Source of the DNA: an uncultured delta proteobacterium
GTDB taxonomy: Bacteria; Desulfobacterota; Binatia; UBA9968
Assembly (NCBI GenBank): GCA_963771465.1
Contig: CAVYTU010000008.1
Location: forward strand, 128,001-192,000
Direction of reading: 5' to 3'
DNA length: 64,000 nucleotides
Below are positions 53,595 to 64,000 of the stretch, one piece after another. A model generated the notes under the pieces. That model saw nothing but the letters and a program-made list of their open reading frames with translations. It made no database searches and was not told the DNA's origin. Made by a program: the position numbers and the translations under genes. Every line of letters starts with the position of its first letter. The first letter of the stretch is position 1.

Positions 53595-54870
53595 ATGCGC
53601 TGGAGGATGATTGGCCGGGAACAGACTCCGGTCGCCGCGCTCCGTCACCGCGACTTCGCCATTTACTGGAGCGGGTCAGTCGTGTCCCTGGTGGGAACCC
53701 AGTTCACCACGGTGACGATGGCCTGGCAGATCTACGAGCTGACCAACTCGCCGCTTGAACTCGGCCTCCTGGGGTTGGCCCGCGGCGCTCCGATGCTGGT
53801 GTTGCTCCTCTTTGGAGGGCTCCTGGCCGACGCAGTGAACCGGCGTCATCTCATGATGGCGACGCAGGTTGCTCAAATGTGTGTCTCGGTCACTCTCGCC
53901 GTGATGACACTTGTGGGATGGGTCTCTCCACCGGTCCTCTATGCCGCCAGCCTTTTTCTCGCGCTATTCAGCTCGCTCGAGCAGCCGGCGCGGAACGCAA
54001 TCGTCCCTAACCTTGTCCCTCGCAGCGATCTGACCAATGCGCTTGCCCTGAGTGGCATGCAACGCCACATAGCGATCGTCATCGGTCCCTCACTGGCGGG
54101 ATTTCTCCTCGCTTACAGCGGACCCACGCTTTGCTACGCGGTCGACGCGGTATCATGGCTCGCGATGCTCGCCGCGCTTGCCATCATGCGGCCGCTCGCC
54201 CAAGTCGCTCGCGGGCGTAGCGCTGTCTCCATGCGGGCTCTGCGCGAGGGAGTGGGGTTCGTGTGGACGCACCCGGTTATCTTGTCATTGATGGCGCTGG
54301 ATTTTAGCCAGAACTTCTTCGGGAGCGGTCGAGCCCTACTGCCGATCTATGCCCGGGACATCCTCGGCGTCGGACCCCAGGGCCTCGGGCTTCTCTACTC
54401 AGCGACCTCGGTGGGAGCTCTCGTCATGGGAACAGCGATGAGCGTGCGGACGCAGGTACGGCGGCCAGGAGCCTGGGTTCTCGTGAGCGTGGGTATGTAT
54501 GGAGTGTTCATGACGCTCTTCGGCGTCTCGCACCTCTTCTGGTTTTCGTTCCTGATGCTCACCGCGGCGGGGGCGGCCAACACGGTAAGCTTCGTTCTAC
54601 GCAACACGATCAATCAGCTGGTAACACCCGATGAGATTCGCGGCCGGGTCACGAGCGTGAACAGCATGTTTACCAACACGGGTCCGCAGCTCGGACAATT
54701 TGGAGCAGGTACCCTGGCCTCGGTGATCGGCCCTGTCGGCACGACTGCCGCGGGAGGGCTGCTCGTCACGTCGATAGCCGCTGGACTTGCGGCCGTTGCG
54801 TCTGTCCGGCAGATTCGAGGTTCGCGAGAGCGCGCCTGCAGAAGCGGGCGAAGCGCCGGCAAAAAGCTGA
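53595..54870 (+). CDS. MFS transporter (EntS/DHA3-like) with apparent +1 frameshift near the 3' end
   Basis: ALRHRDF, GGLLADAVNRR, TPDEIRGRV; deleting one G at 54808-54809 gives VRRFEVRE..PAKS-stop at 54870 and removes the overlap with the next gene. Confidence 0.82.
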
Positions 54871-54916
54871 CGAAGTTACGACCCTGTACTGGTTTTTTGA
54901 TTGAACGCGCCGGCGT

Positions 54917-55522
54917 TCATCTTTTCGCTTTCTTACGTGCTAGCGAAAACATCTTCCGTTCAGAATCGGTGAGAAGCGCAGGAAATCGAATTTCCGCTTC
55001 GATATGGACGACGTCCTCAAAGCGGCCTTCACGGAAGAGTTCACGAGCCCGAGCTTTGAGGCGCTGTTCTCTGGTAGAATGGTAGGTGAGATCGCGCGTG
55101 CCGTCCTCGTGTTGCTGTTCCTGTGCCTTCATGTAGCGCTTAGCGATCGCGATGAAGTCGTCCTCGGGGCCGACGAAGAAGGGTAATAACAGGTTTTCCA
55201 AGTCGTGGAGCAATGCTGGATACCCGGAAATGGAATCGTCTACATAGCATGGGTATTGAGCGGCGTTGGTTAGCCCCAGTTCGCTTATGTAAAAGGTGTG
55301 CTCCACTGAAAACTCCCGAATTGAATAGATGACAGGTCCGAGGCTGTAGAGATGGTTCAACTCAACAGTTCGGGGAGAGCAGGAGAAGCGGGCCGAATAC
55401 GATGTCCCAGGTTTATCGCTGTCGGGTTTACCGCGTGATAGCAAGAAACCACGAAATGCGAAAAACGGGTTTAGCTGTGAAAGGCCGAATTCGAAATCTT
55501 CCTGCTTGTTGTATCGCGGCAT
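54917..55522 (-). CDS. Hypothetical protein
   Basis: 201-aa ORF, lower GC, no recognised motif. Confidence 0.6.
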   Translation of the reverse strand: MPRYNKQEDFEFGLSQLNPFFAFRGFLLSRGKPDSDKPGTSYSARFSCSPRTVELNHLYSLGPVIYSIREFSVEHTFYISELGLTNAAQYPCYVDDSISGYPALLHDLENLLLPFFVGPEDDFIAIAKRYMKAQEQQHEDGTRDLTYHSTREQRLKARARELFREGRFEDVVHIEAEIRFPALLTDSERKMFSLARKKAKR

Positions 55523-55839
55523 TCAATTTGTCGAAGGACAAGACTTTAAATAGTTTACGGCTGCTGTAGCGACCTTACAACCCTATGCCGGTCTTAGCCT
55601 TTATTCGTTTGGGAAGGAACCTTCGAATTCTTGGTCGCCTCCTCTCGTTCGCAGCCTGTTCAGTAGAGCGCTTGATTATACACTGTGAAAATCAGGTAGT
55701 CTCATCGGCGAGGACGTACGGCTGCTGCAGCATAGGTGATCTTGCTCCGCGAGACCACTCTAGTTTGACAAAGTTTTTCGAAGCCGACTAAGTGTGACTC
55801 TAGCCTGTACGCGCTCAGGAATGGGAAGGGTTAGCTCTC

Positions 55840-56256
55840 ATGGCGTCTGTCTTTGATCATGCGGCGACAGAGTCCGGTTTGCCAATGGTAAATATATCAC
55901 GTGCAGCGATTGATTCTGCGAAGGCCGCCGTCAAAAAACTTGGAGCGGATGGATACGCGGAGGCGGTTCGTATTACCTCACATCCTGCCGCCGTCAATCG
56001 CGTGCGCGCTGTTCCGGGAACCCGCTGGCTCCAATTTGCGGTGAAACTGCTGATTTACCTAAACCGTTGTTTGCTTGTCGTCCCTCTAATTGTACTCTTC
56101 GTTGGCGGATGGAAAGCAGCGATTGCCGTTGCGATCATAATTATTCTCCAGTGGTTCTTCCTGCTCAATCCGTTACAGATAGCTATCAACTATGAAATTT
56201 ATGCGCGATTGTCAGCGCTTGACCAAGCGTGGGCAAAGAGCCGTGAAAATCCGTAA
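55840..56256 (+). CDS. Hypothetical membrane protein
   Basis: 138 aa, two hydrophobic segments. Confidence 0.55.
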   Translation: MASVFDHAATESGLPMVNISRAAIDSAKAAVKKLGADGYAEAVRITSHPAAVNRVRAVPGTRWLQFAVKLLIYLNRCLLVVPLIVLFVGGWKAAIAVAIIIILQWFFLLNPLQIAINYEIYARLSALDQAWAKSRENP

Positions 56257-56290
56257 GTGTGCTGCTGTTTGTGCTTGTTGTATCGACCGC

Positions 56291-56509
56291 CTACGAACCT
56301 AGCTCAGCCCCGCCTTTTTTGATAAGCCGGACGCGCTCGTTAAACTTAAACCATGGCACCTGAGAAAATTTCCGTGCGCTGCTGCATCGCCGGCGGCGGG
56401 CCGGCCGGCATGATGCTGGGGTATCTGCTGGCGCGCGCCGGGGTCAAAATCTTGGTGCTGGAAAAGCACGGCGATTTCCTGCGCGATTTTCGCGGCGATA
56501 CCATTCATC
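56291..56509 (+). repeat. Duplicate of the promoter and first ~52 codons of the FAD oxidoreductase gene
   Basis: Matches 58132-58349 (offset ~1840) with scattered substitutions. Confidence 0.95.
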
Positions 56510-56614
56510 GACGAGGTTTCTCCGCGCCGAAAATTAGCAAAAACTCGTTATCCCGATAAATTTTTGTTGATTTCGCGGAAGTTAGCTGTGGAAAAGTGTA
56601 ATTGTCCAAATTGT

Positions 56615-56806
56615 TGTAATTTTTCTTTACATTTCATCAATCTGTCCAATTTTTCATAAATAATTGATTTTAAATCCGAATTGCTCCGTTGGAGCTCGAA
56701 ATTTTGCCGACGCCAAGAAGTGTAAATAAGTATTACGTATTGGGCGCCAACCCCTATAGTTAACTATTTGAAATAACTTGTCTTTTTGTGTGGCACCGTA
56801 AATGCA
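56615..56806 (+). promoter_or_regulatory. Enhancer-like boxes and sigma54 promoter of the PEP-CTERM gene
   Basis: TGT-N11-ACA (TGTAATTTTTCTTTACA, 56615-56631); weaker box at 56721-56737; TGGCACCGTAAATGCA (GG-N10-GC) at 56791-56806. Confidence 0.7.
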
Positions 56807-56874
56807 AATAATTTTTGCAACTTGGCCTGTTCGCGGGCTGCTACCGGTGTTTTCAATCAATTAGGAGGTTCGAA

Positions 56875-57448
56875 ATGTATAACGGAGCTAGGATTTACTC
56901 TGCGAAGCTTTTTTTCATCTCACTCATCATCGCAATGTCGTGTTACACCGCGATGGCGCCATCTGTTCATGCGCTTCCGCTCACCGGCAACTTCGAAATC
57001 ACTTTTAATCAAACCTTTCCCAACGCAGTTCCAAACGCGGGGCATGGAACGTTTAGCGCCAATGCGGGAGTTGTCTCCGCATACGAGTTTGAATTTACCT
57101 CTCCGTTATTAGAGGACTTCGAGGGACCACCCAGCGCTCTCGCATGGAATGGCACGAGCTTATCGGGTTCGGATTTCGCCGAATACATTTCAGAGCATAT
57201 TTCTTCAGTTTCTTGGTGCGAATCTCTATGAGATAAGCGTCCCACAGATCATTTACTTCGATAACTACCTCGGCAGCACTTGTGGAGCAGATGGAATAGT
57301 TGGCAACTGTTTATCCGCGATTGGAACCTACACGGTCAACCAAGTTCCCGAGCCATCGTCGTTGGCCTTGTTGGCGATCGGCTTGGCGGTAAACGCCATT
57401 CGCCGACGATTTAAAGATTCGCACAATCGTCGTTCACGTCACCAATGA
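56875..57448 (+). pseudogene. PEP-CTERM sorting domain protein with one +1 frameshift near 57175
   Basis: AGGAGG RBS and signal peptide; C-terminal VPEPSSLALLAIGLAVNAIRRR in the +1 frame. Confidence 0.8.
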
Positions 57449-57512
57449 GCCGGCACGGTTGGTGCGCATTCCAAAATTAGCCCAACGCATCCGCCGCTCA
57501 ATATACATTCAC

Positions 57513-57547
57513 GCAGGGAGGAGTTTTCTCCTCCCTGCTTCGCTTTT
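57513..57547 (+). terminator. Terminator-like hairpin after the PEP-CTERM gene
   Basis: GCAGGGAGGAG-TTTT-CTCCTCCCTGC then TTCGCTTTT. Confidence 0.7.
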
Positions 57548-58192
57548 AATGCCGAGTCTCACGTTCTTTGGTAGCGCAAAGATTCCCGTCTTCTCGACCG
57601 TCTTACTTTGAGCGGTCAGTGCGTAGAGTGGAACGGTTTCTGTGATGCTAATTCCACGGGATTGAGGTGTGGAAGAATTCAGTTTTCAGCCTTAACCCTC
57701 GCGCTGCGGTTTCTTAAAGGCACGATTCTCAAGCGAAACCGTTGTCAGATGTTCCTTCTATTAGTGATATTCCACCCGTCCACGTCATGCTTACTCGTTC
57801 GTTGCCGATACCGTTCGGGCTGGTGCGATCCAATGTATCTCGCAATGAAAATGAAGTAGTGTTGTTGATAGTGTTCCATTCCAGCGTGGGAAAAGTCAGC
57901 GGATGCGCGGTCAGGTCTATACAACTTGACTGTCTTTAAATGAAACGGCTGCGCTAACTCGCCGTCTCATCTCCCCGGCCATTATTTCATTGACGAGTAA
58001 CTGATCGAGTTTTGCGTTCAAACCCTTCTAACCGTTCAAACTGTTTAGCGATCGATCACATCGCCGCTACACCGATAATCATTGCCCGTGTTACCTGTTT
58101 ATTTGAAAGTCGAAATAGGCCGAGCATCCAGCTACGACCTAGCTCAGCCCCACCTTTTTTGATAAGCCGGAAGCGCTCGTTAAACTTAAACC

Positions 58193-59431
58193 ATGGCACC
58201 TGAGAAAATTGCCGTGCGCTGTTGCATCGCCGGCGGCGGGCCGGCCGGCATGATGCTGGGCTATCTGCTCGCGCGCGCCGGGGTCAAAGTCTTGGTGCTG
58301 GAAAAGCATGGCGATTTCCTGCGCGATTTTCGCGGCGATACCATTCATCCCTCGACCCTCGAGGTGATGCACGAGCTGGGATTGCTCGACGAGTTTCTCG
58401 AGCTGCCGCATCAGAAGGTCTACGAGCTCAACGCGCAATTCGGCGAGCTGCGTCTGACCATCGCGGACTTCCGCCACCTGCCGACCCGCTGCGGCTTTGT
58501 CGCGTTCATGCCGCAGTGGGATTTTCTCAATTTCCTCGCCGAACGAGGAAAGCGGTATGCCAATTTCGCTTTGATGATGGAAGCCGAGGTCATCGGCATC
58601 ATCGAGGAATCGGGGCGCGTGGTCGGCGTGCGTGCGAAGACTCCCAACGGCGAGATTGAAGTGCGCGCCGATCTCGTCGTCGGCGCGGACGGCCGGAGCT
58701 CGATCGTGCGCGCAAAGGCGGGTTTGGCGGTGCAGGAATTCGGCGCGCCGATGGACGTTCTGTGGTTTCGGCTCAGACGAAGAGCGGAAGATCCCGCGGT
58801 GACCATGGGTCGGTTCGATGCCGGGAGGATTTTTATAACGCTCAATCGCGGCGACTATTGGCAGTGCGGCTTCGTCATTGCCAAGGGACAGTTCGAAGAG
58901 ATGCGCCGGCAGCCGTTCGAAACTTTTCGCGCGGCGATCGTGAAGCTCGCGCCCTATGTGAAAGACAGCGTGCAGGAGCTCGGCGGCTGGGAGGATGTAA
59001 AGCTATTGACGGTCCGCGTGGACCGTTTGCTCGATTGGTTTCGGCCGGGTCTCTTATGCATCGGCGACTCCGCCCATGCGATGTCTCCGGTCGGCGGTGT
59101 CGGTATCAATCTCGCGATACAGGATGCCGTGGCGGCAGCCAATGTTCTTTTCAAACCGCTGCGCGAAGGACAGCTCGCCATGGATCACCTGCGCCGCATC
59201 CAGAAGCGCCGCGAGTTGCCCACGCGCATGACGCAAGGATTGCAGGTCGCCGTGCAGCGCCGGATCATTGCGCGGGTACTGGTCGAAACCGGCCCGCTCA
59301 AGCCGCCGCTGGCGGTGCGTTTACTCGCTAGAGTGGGCTTCCTCCGGCGCATCCCGGCTCGTATCGTCGGTCTCGGCATCCGCCCGGAACATGTCAGCGC
59401 GGCGCTCCTCGGTTCACAGAGCGAAGATTAG
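58193..59431 (+). CDS. FAD-dependent oxidoreductase/monooxygenase (UbiH-like family)
   Basis: GGGPAG, DFRGDT, VVGADG, IGDSAHAMSPVGGVGINLAIQDA. Confidence 0.9.
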   Translation: MAPEKIAVRCCIAGGGPAGMMLGYLLARAGVKVLVLEKHGDFLRDFRGDTIHPSTLEVMHELGLLDEFLELPHQKVYELNAQFGELRLTIADFRHLPTRCGFVAFMPQWDFLNFLAERGKRYANFALMMEAEVIGIIEESGRVVGVRAKTPNGEIEVRADLVVGADGRSSIVRAKAGLAVQEFGAPMDVLWFRLRRRAEDPAVTMGRFDAGRIFITLNRGDYWQCGFVIAKGQFEEMRRQPFETFRAAIVKLAPYVKDSVQELGGWEDVKLLTVRVDRLLDWFRPGLLCIGDSAHAMSPVGGVGINLAIQDAVAAANVLFKPLREGQLAMDHLRRIQKRRELPTRMTQGLQVAVQRRIIARVLVETGPLKPPLAVRLLARVGFLRRIPARIVGLGIRPEHVSAALLGSQSED

Positions 59432-59769
59432 GTGCGTATGGATTTTTGCGTTCAAGCCGTTCAAATCGTTCAAGCGCTTCGCTCCGTTCAAACCGTCCGG
59501 AGCTTTTGTTAGCGTTAATATCTCGTGATTGCCTCATCAATGAATTGTGTGAGTTACCTCTTATCGAGGTGCCCAGCATGCTATTTTTAGAATATGAAAT
59601 TTGAAAATGACAAAGGCGGGCAAGTGGAAATAAATTTTCAGAATTTCGAGAGCGTGTTGCTGGGAGCTAAACCCGGCCTTACGCGGGTGAAACTTAAGAA
59701 CGGTCGAGAAGAGTGGCTGAAAGCGACGACAGACGAGATTCTAGAAGCGGCGGTGGACGAATAAGTCGG

Positions 59770-60027
59770 TCACTGTTTTTTCGTCTCCTGTTTCGCCTTC
59801 GCCTTGGTATTATCAATCCAGTCTTTAGCGAAAACGTGGCCTTCCGTTTCGGCTTCTTTGTACGTCGCGAAACTGGCCTTGAAGCACCATTCCATCCACA
59901 GCTTAACACGCTCCCGGCCGTCCTCGGTCCAGTTAATCTGTGCAATGGGTTTAAATCCAATGCGGTCGCGAATGGGCGCCGCGCCAGAGCGGATCATGTA
60001 GCCTTTGTAATTCTGCTCCATTTTCAT
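59770..60027 (-). CDS. Small hypothetical protein
   Basis: 85 aa with an upstream SD-like sequence; YKGYMI...AKDWID. Confidence 0.6.
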   Translation of the reverse strand: MKMEQNYKGYMIRSGAAPIRDRIGFKPIAQINWTEDGRERVKLWMEWCFKASFATYKEAETEGHVFAKDWIDNTKAKAKQETKKQ

Positions 60028-60283
60028 TCCATTTTCACCTTCCTCGTCTTGTAATTAAACCCAACGATCCAAGGTTGCTGTCCAATAGTGGACCAAATTT
60101 TCAATCAACTAAAATTTTTCGCTACATCATCGAGCGAGCGAGGATCGCGGCTCCGGCGGTTGTCACGGTGTGGAATAGGCTCAGACAAGCTTCGCACTGT
60201 GTCCAATATTAGACAAAACAGAATTCAAATAAGTACGGCGGAATGCTATTTTGCTATTCCTAACAGGAAATGGAGTGATCGCT

Positions 60284-60844
60284 ATGTCCCATATAAGCCC
60301 ACTTCCTCCGGCCGATGCATCTCCGGAGGTAAAAAATATTTACGACGAATTTAGCCGTCGGATGGGCTTTCCTTCGCCGCCCAATTTCATCATGACCCAG
60401 GGGCACTCGCCCAACGTAGCTAGAGGGAGTTGGGATCTTGTCCGCAACGTGCTCGTGACCGGACAAATTGAGCGCTGGATAAAGGAAATGGTTTTCGCCG
60501 CGATTTCACAGGATCGTAACTGTCACTATTGCGCGGCGGCCCATATCGCTTGTTGCCGGATGCTCGGTGTGGATCCCGGCATGCTGGAATCTTTAGTGCG
60601 AGACGTCAATTCGATTACCAATCCGAAGGTGCGCGATATGATTTTGTTTGGCCTCAAGTGTTCGAGAAACCCACAAAGTCTAACCGAAGGCGACTACGAC
60701 ACGCTGCGCCGCCACGGACTCCGTCAGCCCGAGATATTGGAGTTGATCGCAATGTCCGGCTTGGCTGTATATGCAAATATTATGGCCGATGCGACCGGCA
60801 TGGAAGCGGACGCCATATTTGCCAGTCTTTCGGAAAGTAACTGA
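60284..60844 (+). CDS. Carboxymuconolactone decarboxylase / AhpD-like peroxidase-related protein
   Basis: PNF...HSP; KEMV...S....CHYCAAAH; ATG 60284 with GGAG. Confidence 0.85.
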   Translation: MSHISPLPPADASPEVKNIYDEFSRRMGFPSPPNFIMTQGHSPNVARGSWDLVRNVLVTGQIERWIKEMVFAAISQDRNCHYCAAAHIACCRMLGVDPGMLESLVRDVNSITNPKVRDMILFGLKCSRNPQSLTEGDYDTLRRHGLRQPEILELIAMSGLAVYANIMADATGMEADAIFASLSESN

Positions 60845-60977
60845 CCCCAAGCCTACCTTTACTTTTGCTTTTTGATCTCCTGTTTAAACCAAAGCAGGAT
60901 TGGCATCTCGGCGCGTTTACCGGCCGTGTGCGCTCGGAGCATTAAAAAATCAAAAGCCTTCTCACCCGTCCGAGGCG

Positions 60978-62233
60978 TCAGCCTGTTTCCGCTCGAGCGC
61001 TTTTTTCTTCGAACAGCGTCCGCCAAGAGACGCCGGCAGGCAGATAAGCAACGTCGCAGCGGATGCGCGCGAAGTCGGCTTGGGCGGGATCGTAGACTAC
61101 ACCCGGAGGCGGTTTGCCCGCTTGGACATCTCTGACCGCTTTAAGCAAAAATCTGCGCACTTGAATGATGTACGAGTCGCTCACGCCGAGATGCTCGTTA
61201 CGTCGATCGACGATCGGACCCATGCTCTCGGTCGCGCAGGCGTCCTGGTTTAGGAATTCTTCTATGCCGGTGAAGTTGACGGTTTTCTGAAGTTGTCTGT
61301 CCTGGAGATAATTGTTGCCGACGTTGCGCAGCTTGCGGTAATCGGCGCCGACGAAATCCCGCTTCGACGAATCTTCCTTGGTCATCGGCTTGGCCCATTT
61401 GAAAAAGAAATCGTAGCGCCAGGTGTTATGGTCGTCGGCGGGAACCTGGTAAACGGCTTTGAAGCCGTCGAGCTTGCCGTCGACCTCGCGGCCCACCGGC
61501 ACGCAGCCGATAAATGGCATGACGAATTGTGAGATGCGCACGTAACTCTTGTCGGGTTCGATTTTCCTGATCGCGGCGACCCGAAAACCGAAATCCATCT
61601 CGTCGATTTCAAAATGGGGCGACTGATCTTCGTACCTGCAGGAACGCCCGGCGCGCGTCCGGCTTGAAGATTCGATGCAGGTAATTCAAGTGAGCCGAAT
61701 CGCAGTCGCCGTCGAGGCCTTGAAGATAGTTGCACTCCAAAAGACTCTTGGCGATGTAAATTTGCTGCTGCGGCACGCCGAGCCAGGCGTAGGTTGGGAA
61801 CACCGGCATGTCTTCTCTGGCGCCCATGAAAGTGAACACCATGCCGCCCGCCTCGACGCAGGGATAAGCGGTATGATGGACTTTGCTTTTTAGTTGGCTG
61901 CCGGCAGGTTCCGCGGGGGTTTCGAGCACATGGCCTTCGACGTCGTACTTCCAGCCGTGATAGATGCATCTCAGGCCGCACTCTTCGTTGCGGCCGAAAA
62001 ACAGCGAAGTGCCGCGGTGCGCGCAATGCTCGCCCAGCAGACCGATCCGTCCTTGAGTGTCGCGAAAAGCGACGAGATCTTCGCCGAGCAGACGCACGCG
62101 CACGGGCGGACAATCGGGAGTCGGGAATTTCCTCGGCGAGCAGCGCGGGAATCCAATAGCGCCTGAACAGGCGCCCCATCGCAGTGCCGGGATGCACTCG
62201 GGTCAACAGCTCGTTTTCTTCTTTCGAGAGCAT
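60978..62233 (-). pseudogene. Rieske non-heme iron oxygenase (phthalate 4,5-dioxygenase/LigXa-like) with two +1 frameshifts
   Basis: MLSKEENELLTRV.PGT.MG...RRYW; CAHRG..C.YHGW; D..H...LH; QDACATESMG; shifts at ~62124 and ~61635. Confidence 0.88.
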
Positions 62234-62267
62234 GATGGCTTTCCTCCCTTATTCGAGTTGCATTACT

Positions 62268-62357
62268 TCCCCCTTTGACAAAAAGGGGGACCGAGGGGGA
62301 TTTTCTTACGCGATCAATTCGGAAAATCTCCCCTAGCCCCTCTTTTTCAAAGAGGGG
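62268..62357. repeat. REP-like doublet, copy 5 (opposite arrangement)
   Basis: CCCCCTTTGACAAAAAGGGGGACCGAGGGGGATTTT ... AAATCTCCCCTAGCCCCTCTTTTTCAAAGAGGGG. Confidence 0.85.
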
Positions 62358-62467
62358 AACTCAGTCCAAATAACTCAACCGACAATTTCCCTTTGATAAC
62401 TACGCTCACTAAATCGATGCTCAGCATAGGGATTCAATTTTATTTTGGACACTAAAATTGTCCTTTC

Positions 62468-63601
62468 CTAGGGTCTTCTTGCGAGAATCGCTTTGAGCAG
62501 CTTGGTCGCTTCGGCGGTTTCCTGATCGACGTTGGGGCCGTTTTCCCAGAATACCGCGTCGTCCTTCAAACGATATTCGGGCGCGATGATGTCCTTGGCG
62601 ATATCGGTGCGGCGCGAGTTGGCGTTGCGCTGGCCGGATTTCACCGACTGCTCCTGGAACAAACTTTGTCCTTCGCGCGACAGGAACCAATTGAGAAAGA
62701 TTTGCGCCGCATGCGGATGAGGCGCCGGAGTGATCAAGCTGATCACTCCTTGGCCGCCGGCGATATAGTCGCCCTCTTTCAGAGCGTGAGTTACCGACTC
62801 CACCGGCAGCCGCTGCTCTCTGGCGTTCACCAATTCGGCGTCGTCGCACGGCACGCAGACGGCCGCCTTCCCCGCCGCCAACCAATCGACGAGCTGGCGA
62901 TGATCACGGCTCAGAGTCAATTGCATATCGCCGTACAGCTTGCCGATGAATTCCGGACCGAGGGCTTTGTTCATATAAAGGTACCAGAGAACATTGCGGG
63001 CAACCCCGGCGACGGTGGGGTCGTAGCCGATGATTTTTCCTTTCCACTTGGGATTTATCAGATCCCACCACGACTTGATTTCGTCCGCCTTCGCTTGCGG
63101 GGTGTTGGTGGAGATGTAAAGGCCGCGATGGCCCTGAAAGACGAACGAGTGGCGCGTTTCAGGATCGACAAACCGATGCTTGCCCTTGAACCATTTGGAT
63201 TCGTCTTTCACCTCCGGCAAGATAAAAGCCGGCGGCATGGGCGCCAGCGCTTTGGCCGGATACAAAACTGAAACATGAGTCCCTTGCCCGGCGATGTAGA
63301 GATCGGCTTGATATTTTCCCGCGCGCCGCTCGGCCATGAGTCGAGAAGTGAGCGCGGGTCCGCTTGGCCCGTCGATCTGGTTAAGTTTGATCTTAGGAAA
63401 CGCTTTGTGAAACTGGCTGACGGTGAACCTGGGATAATCGACGACATAGACGCTGACCTCGCCTTCGCTCTCGGCCGCCTTCAACGTTTTGTCCCACTCG
63501 CCGGGTCTCGCCTCAGCCGCTCCACCGGCGCGCGCAACTGCGAGAAGCGCGGCGATGATCAAACTAAAAAGCAATGCTCGTTTTGGATTCATACCGGTCA
63601 T
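62468..63601 (-). CDS. ABC substrate-binding protein (Fe3+/polyamine cluster)
   Basis: AERRAGKYQAD, DLINPKWKGKI, APHPHAAQIFLNWFLSREGQ. Confidence 0.83.
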   Translation of the reverse strand: MTGMNPKRALLFSLIIAALLAVARAGGAAEARPGEWDKTLKAAESEGEVSVYVVDYPRFTVSQFHKAFPKIKLNQIDGPSGPALTSRLMAERRAGKYQADLYIAGQGTHVSVLYPAKALAPMPPAFILPEVKDESKWFKGKHRFVDPETRHSFVFQGHRGLYISTNTPQAKADEIKSWWDLINPKWKGKIIGYDPTVAGVARNVLWYLYMNKALGPEFIGKLYGDMQLTLSRDHRQLVDWLAAGKAAVCVPCDDAELVNAREQRLPVESVTHALKEGDYIAGGQGVISLITPAPHPHAAQIFLNWFLSREGQSLFQEQSVKSGQRNANSRRTDIAKDIIAPEYRLKDDAVFWENGPNVDQETAEATKLLKAILARRP

Positions 63602-63846
63602 ATCTTTCTCAACAGCGCAGGCAAGTATCTTTTACGATAAAAGCCGCGAGAGAAGCAAAGCAACGCGCTTGGTCATCGTGCAGGTCCCAGGTTATATGTG
63701 CCGTATTCAAGGTGTTCGTCAACTGAGAAGCGACACCGGCGACCATAGCTGCGGCGGAACAGATCGACCAGTTTCCCGTCTTGATTGGCGATCCATCGAG
63801 ATATAATCTTACAGCCGTGAAAGACGCCACTACCGAGCGCCAAGAG

Positions 63847-64000
63847 ATGGATCTTTTGCATGGCCAGTATCAAGCGCTTCTCGAAATATCCGAAGCGATC
63901 GCGTCGCACCGGGAACTGGACCGGCTTTTTGCCGAGCTCGCGCCGCGGCTGCATCGCGTCGTGCAGTTCGATTTCGCCAATCTGATGCTCTACGAGCCCG
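63847..64000 (+). CDS. N-terminus of a GAF-domain protein, probably an FhlA-like sigma54 activator (runs off window)
   Basis: MDLLHGQYQALLEISEAIASHRELDRLFAELAPRLHRVVQFDFANLMLYEP. Confidence 0.6.
   Translation, partial: MDLLHGQYQALLEISEAIASHRELDRLFAELAPRLHRVVQFDFANLMLYEP

Overview
GC-rich bacterial chromosomal window. Gene content (many orphan solute-binding proteins, molybdenum hydroxylase, UbiD, Rieske oxygenase) resembles deltaproteobacteria-like soil lineages such as Candidatus Binatia; this is inference only. A housekeeping core at 10.8-28.2 kb on the minus strand holds guaB-guaA, LOG, NUDIX, dnaE-hflX-pgsA, tRNA-Val, thrS-infC-rpmI-rplT-pheS-pheT-ihfA-merR and tRNA-Pro. Accessory DNA flanks it: 13 solute-binding proteins with no permease or ATPase, a UbiD + CoxL/S/M-like catabolic cluster, RtcB / 5'-3' exonuclease / DUF2075 helicase, a PEP-CTERM cassette and several remnants. 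Most notable unexplained structures: (1) a promoter, leader ORF and intrinsic terminator just upstream of guaB (candidate attenuator); (2) a REP-like palindrome family bracketing a DUF559 nuclease gene and tied to duplicated gene ends; (3) three diverged gene-end duplications, two with microhomology junctions; (4) a tRNA-Ser-type att remnant. Six single-base +1 frameshifts, mostly in homopolymers, suggest long-read consensus errors. Product calls come from motif recognition by eye; no database search was run.
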